From an uncultured Mycoplasmatota bacterium (lineage in GTDB: Bacteria > Bacillota_I > Bacilli_A > RF39 > UBA660), in NCBI GenBank assembly GCA_945948625.1, contig CAMFBT010000001.1:1-41569 (forward strand): 41,569 nt of DNA, read 5' to 3'. A program made the translations under genes and the position numbers. Below, piece by piece: positions 34,462 to 41,569 of this stretch. Position 1 is the stretch's first letter; each line of letters begins with the position of its first letter. The notes beneath the pieces were generated by a model. It had not been told where the DNA came from, made no database searches, and saw only the letters and a list, made by a program, of their open reading frames with translations.

Positions 34462-35049
34462 ATGTTTGATAGAAGAAAACTATTAAGATCAAATAAACTA
34501 ACAATAGCCATAATATTACTAGCAGTAATATTAACATTAATACCAATTGCATATTCAAAATTATTTTCTGAAAATGATTCAGATGCAAAAATAGAAACAG
34601 CATTCTATATCTTAAATGCCGACTATTACGAAAAAAACATTCATTTAGATAATATAGTGCCTTCAGAAACACCTTATGTATATACCTTCAAAGTATCAAA
34701 TAATGATGGAACAAATAGAGTAGAAACAAAATTAGAATACACTTTGAAAATAGTTACCACTACTAATTTACCATTATCATATAAATTATATATGAATGAA
34801 GATTATAATAATGAAAATAGTACTAATATAATAATAAATGATACAATTGCTAAAACTAGTGAAGATGGAGCTTACTTTAAAACTATGGAAACAAACAAAC
34901 AAACATTTGGCTTTACTACTGATGAAGAAAATATTTATCATTTAGTAATAACATTTCCTAAAGAATATGATAGTTTTGAATACCAAGATATAGTAGAAGG
35001 AATAACAATAAATATTGAATCAAAGCAAATAATAGAAGAAAATGCATAA
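34462..35049 (+). CDS. Secreted TasA-like family protein, class-2 signal motif (PIAYSKLFSE)
   Basis: Start moved to the ATG at 34462, 5 nt after AGGTGA. It has a basic n-region, a hydrophobic helix, then AYSKLF. The N-terminal domain is paralogous to ORF 14398. Confidence 0.55.
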   Translation: MFDRRKLLRSNKLTIAIILLAVILTLIPIAYSKLFSENDSDAKIETAFYILNADYYEKNIHLDNIVPSETPYVYTFKVSNNDGTNRVETKLEYTLKIVTTTNLPLSYKLYMNEDYNNENSTNIIINDTIAKTSEDGAYFKTMETNKQTFGFTTDEENIYHLVITFPKEYDSFEYQDIVEGITINIESKQIIEENA

Positions 35050-35085
35050 AATAAAAAACTTATGCAAAAAATGTCGAATTTTTAC

Positions 35086-35114
35086 TTGCAAATAAAAAAA
35101 AAGTGTGTTATACT
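35086..35114 (+). promoter_or_regulatory. Strong sigma-A type promoter of the module-B large subunit gene
   Basis: TTGCAA (35086-35091), a 17-nt spacer containing A9 (35094-35102), then tgtTATACT (35106-35114). It is followed by a roughly 60-nt leader and the RBS AAAGGAG. Confidence 0.65.
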
Positions 35115-35174
35115 AAAATAGTAATAGTAGGAGAGAAAGTAATTCTCAAATTCTTAATAAAAAGGAGTGTTAAA

Positions 35175-36254
35175 ATGGAAGAAAAAGTTCTTACTAAAGA
35201 AGAAAAAGAAAAACTAAAAAAAGAAAGAAACAAAAGAAGAAAATATAGATTGTTGATACTATTACTTTTAATGCTAGGAACTGGAACTATGCTTGCTACA
35301 TCAACCTACGCATGGTTTACATCAAATAAAAATGTTTCAGTAGAATCATTAAAAGTAAATATTGAAGCTAAAAATGGTATTCAAATATCTGCTGATGGAA
35401 CAAAATGGAAATCAATAGTTCAAAAAGCAGATTTAGTTGGAGCACGTAAAGGCAATTATGTTGCTGCTGTTAACCAGATACCAGAATCATTAGAACCAGT
35501 ATCAACAGCAGGAGTACCAGATACAAATGGATATTTACCAATGTATTATGGAGTAGTAGAAACATCAACTTCTAGTGCTAATAATGGTGAATACATTTTA
35601 ACTGCTACTAAGACTACTGAAATAGATAATAATATTAGAACTGGTGCTGAAGCAGATACGGCAAAGTTTATTGCATTTGATTTATTCTTTAAAGTTAATG
35701 CAGATACAAAAGTATACTTACAAGCTGGGTCTGGAGTATTAAATGATGATGCAGCAGATAATGGAATTAAGAATGCTTCAAGAATAGCTTTTGTAAATCT
35801 TGGAAATACAGCAGATGGTTCAGAATTGTCTTCAATTCAAGGATTAAATGCTGGAACAAGTTCTACAGTTACAATATGGGAACCAAACTATGATATTCAT
35901 ACAGCAGCAGGTGTAGCAAATGCTAACGACGTTTATGGTATTCCTACAACACAGGCAAATGGAGAATTAATACCATATTCTGGAATAATAGCTCCAGTAG
36001 CAGCAAGTGACGATATTTTATTAGGAGAGGCAACACAGACAAAAGATTCTACTAAATTTAAAACCGTAACACCAGGAAAGGCAACAACAGCAGCTTTTGA
36101 TACAAATGTTGAGCTATTTACATTAAGTAAAGGAATTACAAAAATAAGAATATATATGTGGGTTGAAGGACAAGATGTTGACTGTGAAAACAATGCTTCA
36201 GGTGGAAATATTTCATTTGACCTAAAGATTAGCACAACAGCTCCAGGTGCATAA
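35175..36254 (+). CDS. Secreted TasA-like large subunit, class-1 signal motif (TSTYAWFTS); probable major subunit
   Basis: Start moved to the ATG at 35175; the track's GTG at 35103 lies inside the promoter. It has its own promoter and terminator. The composition is Ala/Thr/Gly-rich, unlike its neighbours. The C-terminal box is IRIYMWVEGQDVDCENNASGGNI. Confidence 0.7.
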   Translation: MEEKVLTKEEKEKLKKERNKRRKYRLLILLLLMLGTGTMLATSTYAWFTSNKNVSVESLKVNIEAKNGIQISADGTKWKSIVQKADLVGARKGNYVAAVNQIPESLEPVSTAGVPDTNGYLPMYYGVVETSTSSANNGEYILTATKTTEIDNNIRTGAEADTAKFIAFDLFFKVNADTKVYLQAGSGVLNDDAADNGIKNASRIAFVNLGNTADGSELSSIQGLNAGTSSTVTIWEPNYDIHTAAGVANANDVYGIPTTQANGELIPYSGIIAPVAASDDILLGEATQTKDSTKFKTVTPGKATTAAFDTNVELFTLSKGITKIRIYMWVEGQDVDCENNASGGNISFDLKISTTAPGA

Positions 36255-36275
36255 ATAAAATAGACAAATACATAT

Positions 36276-36302
36276 AAGGAAGTTAAATAACTTCCTTTTA
36301 AT
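36276..36302 (+). terminator. Rho-independent terminator
   Basis: AAGGAAGTT-aaat-AACTTCCTT is a 9-bp perfect stem, followed by a T-rich tail. Confidence 0.7.
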
Positions 36303-36363
36303 TTGCTTAAATATCTTTTAAAAAACCAAAAAAAGTAATATAATAAAGTAAAGAGGTGAAAAA

Positions 36364-37821
36364 GTGAAATTAAAAAAAATATTAAATAATATTGAATATG
36401 AATTAATAAAAGGAAGTTTAGATATAAATATAACGGATTTATGTTATGATTCAAGAAAAGTTACAAAAGACTGTGCTTTCATATGTTTAGAGGGTACTCA
36501 AGTAGATGGACATGACTTTATAGATACCGCTATCAAAAAAGGAGCAAGCACTATCTTTATTGAAAAAGATATTGAAGTATCACAGCCAGTTACAGTAATA
36601 AAATTATCAAATACTAGAAAGGATTTATCATTACTTTCAATAAACTATTTTGATAATCCCGCTAGTAAATTAACAATGATTGGAATAACAGGAACAAAAG
36701 GAAAAACAACTACATCATGGATGATAAAAAACATTTTAGAAGAAGAAGGAAAAAAAGTTGGAGTAATAGGAACAATGGGGGTATTTATTGGAAATAATCA
36801 TTACGAAACAATAAATACAACACCAGAGAGTTATGAAATACAAAAATATCTAAAAGAAATGTTAAAACAAAAAGTAGAATATGCCATAATGGAAGTATCA
36901 TCGCAAGCACTAAAAGTAGGAAGAGTAGAAGGTATGACTTTTGATTATGGAATATTTACCAATTTAACAAAAGACCATATAGGTGAAGGCGAACATGAAA
37001 ATATGGAAGATTATATTTATAGTAAGAGCCTATTATTTCAAAAGAGTAAACACGGAATATTAAATATAGATGATAAACACTATCAAGATATGACAAAAAA
37101 TAATACTTGTGATATACATACATTTGGAAAAAACAAAGAAGCAGATTTAATAATAAATAATATAAAACTATTAAGAAAAGAACACTTCATAGGATTAGAA
37201 CTACATACAAAAGGTTTAATTGAAGATACATTCCTAGTAAATACACCAGGAGAATTCTCAGCATACAATGCAATTAGTGCTATTTTAACAACAAAATTAA
37301 TAGGATGTAAATTAGAAAGCATAAAAAAAGCCCTATCCAAAGTAGCAGTAAAAGGAAGAGTAGAAATAATACCAGTATCAAGTAAATATAGTGTTATCAT
37401 AGATTATGCCCACAATGGTATATCAATGACAAATATTTTAAATACGATGAGAGAATATCATCCAAAAAGAATAGTAAGCCTATTTGGATGTGGGGGAAAT
37501 AGAAGTAAAACTCGTCGATATGACATGGGAGAAATATCTGGAAGACTATCAGATTTTACAATAATAACTGAAGATAATTCTAGATATGAAGACATAAATG
37601 ATATAATGAATGATATAGAGATAGGACTAAAAAAAGCAAATGGAAAATACATTAAAATAGAAGATAGAAAAGAAGCAATAAAATATGCAATAGAAAATGC
37701 CAAAGAAGGAGACATAATACTTTTACTTGGAAAAGGACATGAAACATATAGAGAAAAAAATGGAGTAAGAGAACATTTTGATGAAAGAGAAGTAATAAAA
37801 GAAATAATAAATAACAGATAA
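36364..37821 (+). CDS. murE: UDP-N-acetylmuramoyl-L-alanyl-D-glutamate--diamino acid ligase (MurE)
   Basis: GTG start after AGAGGTGA. Motifs GITGTKGKTTT, DYAHN, GCGGNRSKTRR and LLGKGHE are present. The specificity box reads EDNSR, so the choice between DAP and Lys is not decidable by eye. Confidence 0.9.
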   Translation: MKLKKILNNIEYELIKGSLDINITDLCYDSRKVTKDCAFICLEGTQVDGHDFIDTAIKKGASTIFIEKDIEVSQPVTVIKLSNTRKDLSLLSINYFDNPASKLTMIGITGTKGKTTTSWMIKNILEEEGKKVGVIGTMGVFIGNNHYETINTTPESYEIQKYLKEMLKQKVEYAIMEVSSQALKVGRVEGMTFDYGIFTNLTKDHIGEGEHENMEDYIYSKSLLFQKSKHGILNIDDKHYQDMTKNNTCDIHTFGKNKEADLIINNIKLLRKEHFIGLELHTKGLIEDTFLVNTPGEFSAYNAISAILTTKLIGCKLESIKKALSKVAVKGRVEIIPVSSKYSVIIDYAHNGISMTNILNTMREYHPKRIVSLFGCGGNRSKTRRYDMGEISGRLSDFTIITEDNSRYEDINDIMNDIEIGLKKANGKYIKIEDRKEAIKYAIENAKEGDIILLLGKGHETYREKNGVREHFDEREVIKEIINNR

Positions 37822-37879
37822 ATATTTACAATTAAAATAATATCTGCTAATATATAAATAAAGAAAAGGAGAGATAAAA

Positions 37880-39136
37880 ATGTTACCATTTAAAAGAGCA
37901 AACATCTTATTACCAAAAGATGTAGACATGACCAAATGGTCAGTAGTAGCTTGTGATCAATACACAAGCGAGCCAGAATATTGGAAGGAAGTAGAAAATA
38001 TTGTTGAAGATAATCCATCAACATTAAATTTAATCTTACCAGAATTATATCTTGAAGAAGAAAATGTTGAAGAAAGAATTAAAAAGATAAATGAGACAAT
38101 GAAAGAATATTTAGAAAAAGATGTATTTGAAGAATATCCAAATACAATGATTTATCTAGAAAGAAAACAAAGTAATGGAAAAATAAGAGAAGGACTAATA
38201 GGTATGGTGGACTTAGAGGACTACTCATATGAAAAAGGATCACAAACATTAATAAGAGCAACAGAAAAAACAGTAATAGAAAGAATACCACCTAGATTAA
38301 AAGTAAGAGAAAATGCTATATTAGAATTACCTCATATAATGATTCTAATAGATGATGAAAAAAAGAAAGTAATAGAAAGTCTAAAGAATAAAGTAGAAGA
38401 AAAAGACATAGTTTATGACTTTGACCTAATGGAAAATGGAGGACATATTAAAGGGTATAAACTAAGTGATAAAACAATAGATGAAGTAGAAGAAGGACTA
38501 ATATCTTTAATGGATAAAGATTATTTTGAAAAGAAATATAATGTAAAAGATAAGGGAATTCTATTATTTGCTATGGGAGATGGAAATCATTCATTAGCTA
38601 CTGCTAAAGCTAATTATGAAAACCTAAAAAAGACAATGACTGAAGAAGAATACTTAAATAATCCAGCAAGATATGCATTAGTAGAAATAGTAAACTTACA
38701 TAGTGAAGCATTAGAATTTGAACCAATTCATCGTGTAATATTTAATACAGATGTTAATAAATTAGTAGAAGAGTTATATAAATATTATGATATAAATGAG
38801 GAAGGAAATGGAGAATATTTTGAATTAGTAACAAAAGATATAGATAAAAAATTATATATATCAAATCCAAAATCAAACATTTCTGTAGGATCAATTCAAA
38901 TATTCCTAGATGAATATTTGAAAGAAAATCAAGGAAAAATAGACTATATCCATGGAGATGAAACAGCAAGAGGAATGGGAAAAGAAGAAAATAATGTTGC
39001 AATATTATTTGAGGCAATGCCAAAAGAAGAATTGTTTAGAACAGTAATATTAGATGGGGCATTACCAAGAAAAACATTTTCAATGGGACATAGCTATGAT
39101 AAAAGATTTTACTTAGAATCAAGAAAAATAAAATAA
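37880..39136 (+). CDS. DUF1015 family protein
   Basis: RBS AAAGGAGAG. WSVVACDQYTSEPEYW and FAMGDGNHSLATAK resemble the conserved DUF1015 blocks. Confidence 0.75.
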   Translation: MLPFKRANILLPKDVDMTKWSVVACDQYTSEPEYWKEVENIVEDNPSTLNLILPELYLEEENVEERIKKINETMKEYLEKDVFEEYPNTMIYLERKQSNGKIREGLIGMVDLEDYSYEKGSQTLIRATEKTVIERIPPRLKVRENAILELPHIMILIDDEKKKVIESLKNKVEEKDIVYDFDLMENGGHIKGYKLSDKTIDEVEEGLISLMDKDYFEKKYNVKDKGILLFAMGDGNHSLATAKANYENLKKTMTEEEYLNNPARYALVEIVNLHSEALEFEPIHRVIFNTDVNKLVEELYKYYDINEEGNGEYFELVTKDIDKKLYISNPKSNISVGSIQIFLDEYLKENQGKIDYIHGDETARGMGKEENNVAILFEAMPKEELFRTVILDGALPRKTFSMGHSYDKRFYLESRKIK

Positions 39137-39225
39137 AATTAACCAAAATAGAAAATGTTATATAATAATTAACTATTTAGTTTTTCATATAATAGGAACT
39201 TAACTTTTAATGATTATATAACCCT

Positions 39226-39255
39226 AAAAGCGAAACTACAATTTCGCTTTTAAAA
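39226..39255 (+). terminator. Rho-independent terminator (potentially bidirectional)
   Basis: AAAAGCGAAA-ctacaa-TTTCGCTTTT is a 10-bp stem, flanked by A and T runs. Confidence 0.6.
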
Positions 39256-39415
39256 TTGTCTAATTAATTATTTTTCTTCTTTATAAATAAGGTAAATTAT
39301 AATTTATTTGAGCATAATTGAAATTACATTTTGAACAAACAATATATGGTAGATTACATTCGTATACTTATTCAACTAAAGTTTTATAATAATCATTATT
39401 AGTATCTTCAATATA

Positions 39416-39475
39416 ATAGAAATAGCAATTATCTCTACATTTTTATATTGATTTTAATATTTTCACTAAGATTAA
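39416..39475. repeat. 60-bp direct repeat, copy 1
   Basis: atagaaatagcaattatctctacatttttatattgattttaatattttcactaagattaa matches 40210-40269 at 57 of 60 positions. Confidence 0.8.
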
Positions 39476-39747
39476 TATTTATAATAATTCTTTGACTTAA
39501 GTTCAAGTGTTTCCACATTTTAAAAATATTTTTTCAGTTAAGGGTAAAACGGCAATATATATTATATAACTTTTCTATTGCTTTGCAAGTTTGCTGATTG
39601 AAATGTAAATTCTACTGGTGCATTTAAAAAATATTCGAATGCAAAAAAATGTCGGAATTTAAAAATAGACTTTTATTGTTAAAAATGATAAAATTAAATT
39701 ACGAAAAAAGTCCGCAAACGGAAAAAAATCGGAATGGAGGAATTTAT

Positions 39748-40191
39748 ATGGAAATAAAAAGAGATTATTATTTAAATAAACTCATTAGTAAACAAAATAA
39801 TGGTTTAATTAAAATTGTAACTGGAATTAGAAGATGTGGGAAGTCGTATTTACTTGATCCTATGTTTAAAAATTATTTATTGTCTAATGGAGTAAAAGAA
39901 GATCACATTATTAAAATAGATTTAGATATAAGAGAAAAAGATGATAAGAAAAAATTAGAAATAGATTTTATTGTTAATAAAAGGTATGATAGATATTATA
40001 TTTAATCAGCTTTAAATATAGATAGCGATGATAAAAAAATACAAGAATTACGACCTTTGTTAAATGTAAATGATTTTTTCAAAAAAATAATTGTCGTAAA
40101 TAGGGATATACCAAAGTACAAAAATGAAAATGGAATATTAATAATTGGTATATATGACTTTTTATTAAATAAAGATAGTTTAGAATATTAA
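39748..40191 (+). pseudogene. Decayed AAA_14/DUF4143-type ATPase gene (internal deletion plus in-frame TAA)
   Basis: RBS GGAGGA followed by ATG at 39748. MEIKRDYYLNKLISKQNNGLIKIVTGIRRCGKSYLL is the family N-terminus with its Walker A. It then jumps to the family C-terminus (LEIDFIVNK...YYI, a TAA stop at 40003-40005, then SALNIDSDDKKIQELRPLLNVNDFFKKIIV...GILIIGIYDFLL in the same frame). The total is about 147 codons, against roughly 400 expected from my recollection of the family. Confidence 0.65.
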
Positions 40192-40209
40192 AATAACAAG
40201 TAAGCTAAG

Positions 40210-40269
40210 ATAGAAATAGCAATTATCACTACATTTTTATATTGACTTTAATATTTTAACTAAGATTAA
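40210..40269. repeat. 60-bp direct repeat, copy 2
   Basis: Matches copy 1 at 57 of 60 positions. It contains TTGACT (TTGATT in copy 1) and lies about 75 nt upstream of the ATG at 40345. Confidence 0.8.
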
Positions 40270-40344
40270 ATTTTAAATAAAAAATTAACAAAATATGTTA
40301 ATTTTTTATAATTATATGCTATACTTATATTAGGAGATGAAAAA

Positions 40345-41061
40345 ATGAAAAAAATAAATACTATAGGGGTAATAATAGGAATAATAGCTTTTTTAATCGC
40401 AGGTTATATAGTAGCAGATAAAATACTTCAAAAAGAAAAACCAAAGACAATAAATAAAGAAGAAGAATTACAAGAAATAAATAGCAAATTAAAAGAAGTA
40501 GGTTCTCCATTAGGATGGCTTATTATTAAAGAAGGAATAGAAAATCAAACAGAAGATGGAAAATATACAATAAAATATAATGAAGACTATTTAGAAAAAT
40601 ATGAAAATAGACAATTGTTTACAATGGAATATATCTTAAGTTATAATGATAATCAAGATAAGTTTATAGTATTATCAGCAGGAGATAATAGTAAAGTAGA
40701 AGATTTACCAACTAGTGACTTTACATTAGCATACTTAGACTATAAAACATTTAATAAATATTATAAAGAATTATTTGGTGAAGATTTTAATATAGATAAA
40801 TCAAAAAAAGGAAATACAAAATATGATAAAGAATATGTCTACTACGACAATAGAAAACCAGGTAGTAATGGAATATATGTATCTATGATAACAAGTGATT
40901 CAGTTGAATATAAAGATAAATATTTAGTAGCAGATATAAAGATAACATATAGTACTAGATTAGCGGATATATTAGGAGTAGAAACTAGTACAGGTATAAT
41001 AAAATATACTAAAGATAGTAATAATAATATAATATTAAAATCATTTATAATAGAGAAGTAA
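40345..41061 (+). CDS. Exported or membrane-anchored protein of unknown function
   Basis: RBS AGGAGATG and an N-terminal hydrophobic helix (IGVIIGIIAFLIAGYIV). No recognisable motif. Confidence 0.5.
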   Translation: MKKINTIGVIIGIIAFLIAGYIVADKILQKEKPKTINKEEELQEINSKLKEVGSPLGWLIIKEGIENQTEDGKYTIKYNEDYLEKYENRQLFTMEYILSYNDNQDKFIVLSAGDNSKVEDLPTSDFTLAYLDYKTFNKYYKELFGEDFNIDKSKKGNTKYDKEYVYYDNRKPGSNGIYVSMITSDSVEYKDKYLVADIKITYSTRLADILGVETSTGIIKYTKDSNNNIILKSFIIEK

Positions 41062-41073
41062 TTCTCTTTTTTC
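41052..41073 (+). terminator. Weak rho-independent terminator
   Basis: AGAGAA-gtaa-TTCTCT hairpin overlapping the stop codon, followed by a T run. Confidence 0.4.
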
Positions 41074-41418
41074 TTTTGTCCTTACATACTATAGTTTTTC
41101 TGTAGTATTATAATAAGTTAGTTATTTGACCTTTATACTAAAGAACAACAAAGAAGTGTAAAAATATATAATAGAAATCAAGTTTTTAGATTTAAAAGAA
41201 AGTATAAAACAAGTAATCTAGGTGGACTTAATTATAGATTTATACCACTTCCTAAATCAACTTCATAAAAATAGTTAATAAAAAGCAGTTATAAATGTTA
41301 TAATAGTATTGGATGTAATAGTTATGAATTAAATGGAATTTTAAGTAGAGATAATTACTATCTCCTCCTATTAATTAATACAAAAGTAAAGGACAGTGAA
41401 TAAATAAAAGTAAATAAA

Positions 41419-41569
41419 TTGCAAACAATTACTAATCTTTTTGAGGGTAACGAAATAAGAAGTATATGGGATAGTGAAAAAGAAGATTATTTCTTTAGTG
41501 TAGTAGATGTTATTGGTGCATTAACAGATAATGACTATTAAAAAGCGAGAAACTATTGGAAATGGTTAA
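41419..41569 (+). pseudogene. BRO-N-like (phage antirepressor/Bro family) N-terminal fragment with an in-frame stop, running off the window
   Basis: The frame reads (L)QTITNLFEGNEIRSIWDSEKEDYFFSVVDVIGALTDNDY, then TAA (41539-41541), then KARNYWKWL. FEG-x-x-IR...W[FY]FSVVDV is the BRO-N pattern. The only start candidate is TTG at 41419, and it has no nearby RBS. Confidence 0.35.

Noticed and set aside
35062-35081. A shared motif ATGC-A6/7-TGTCG(G)AATTT occurs upstream of the module-B large-subunit promoter (35062-35081) and at the start of track ORF 39649 (39639-39660).
   Set aside because: There are only two copies, about 20 nt long and AT-dominated, with two single-base indels between them. 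I cannot assess significance without genome-wide counts. It may be chance or a minor regulatory or terminator-like AAAAAT...ATTTTT hairpin.
35103-35174. The track's GTG start at 35103 for the module-B large subunit, which adds 24 aa (MCYTKIVIVGEKVILKFLIKRSVK).
   Set aside because: The GTG lies inside the -10 region of a near-consensus promoter. A strong RBS (AAAGGAG) precedes the in-frame ATG at 35175, and the paralogue 21946 starts at the equivalent Lys-rich n-region.
39140-39747. A roughly 600-bp gene-free AT-rich stretch after the DUF1015 gene, examined for small RNAs, tRNA or a minus-strand gene.
   Set aside because: I found no cloverleaf-like GC-rich segments, no ORF with an RBS on either strand, and no convincing structure apart from the terminator at 39226-39255 and repeat copy 1. 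The track ORF start at 39649 has no RBS, and the real start of the remnant gene is the ATG at 39748.
40003-40005. Two in-frame TAA codons interrupt recognisable domains (40003-40005 and 41539-41541), raising the idea of TAA read as a sense codon.
   Set aside because: Nearly all well-supported genes in the window end at TAA at the expected protein length (the VirB4 core, T4CP, nagZ, ftsY, murE and DUF1015 genes). Both affected genes show other signs of decay (a large internal deletion in one, no RBS or start in the other). Ordinary nonsense mutations in pseudogenes explain them.

Overview
AT-rich Firmicutes-type chromosomal segment using the standard code (Trp is TGG, most stops are TAA). All credible genes but one are on the + strand. 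1-8330 holds the mating-pair-formation half of a Gram-positive conjugative element: a VirB6-like protein, a PrgI/VirB3-like protein, a VirB4 ATPase split into two coupled ORFs, an M23+lysozyme wall hydrolase, a membrane-anchored VirB8-like candidate and a VirD4/TraG coupling protein. 8447-13815 holds housekeeping genes (rny, a GH3 nagZ-like gene, ftsY, ylxM). These are followed by an unusual stand-alone ClpA/B D1-type AAA+ module coupled to a 45-aa membrane peptide; ffh, the usual ylxM partner, is absent. 13892-36254 is the standout region, a two-module locus. It encodes two active SipW-type (S26B) signal peptidases, two catalytically dead SipW paralogues, and about eight TasA/camelysin-like proteins with SipW-dependent-type signal peptides in two motif classes. 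It also encodes a membrane-anchored McrB-like GTPase with a McrC-like partner, and a roughly 2,680-aa beta-solenoid protein with a similar N-terminal signal and no sortase signal. I interpret this as a candidate, apparently undescribed, sortase-independent surface fibre/adhesin assembly system; that reading is inference from motifs only. The right end holds murE, a DUF1015 gene, a decayed AAA_14/DUF4143 ATPase pseudogene bracketed by 60-bp direct repeats, a small exported protein gene and a BRO-N-like fragment. No rRNA, tRNA or CRISPR array was seen. All homology statements come from motif recognition by eye, not database searches.
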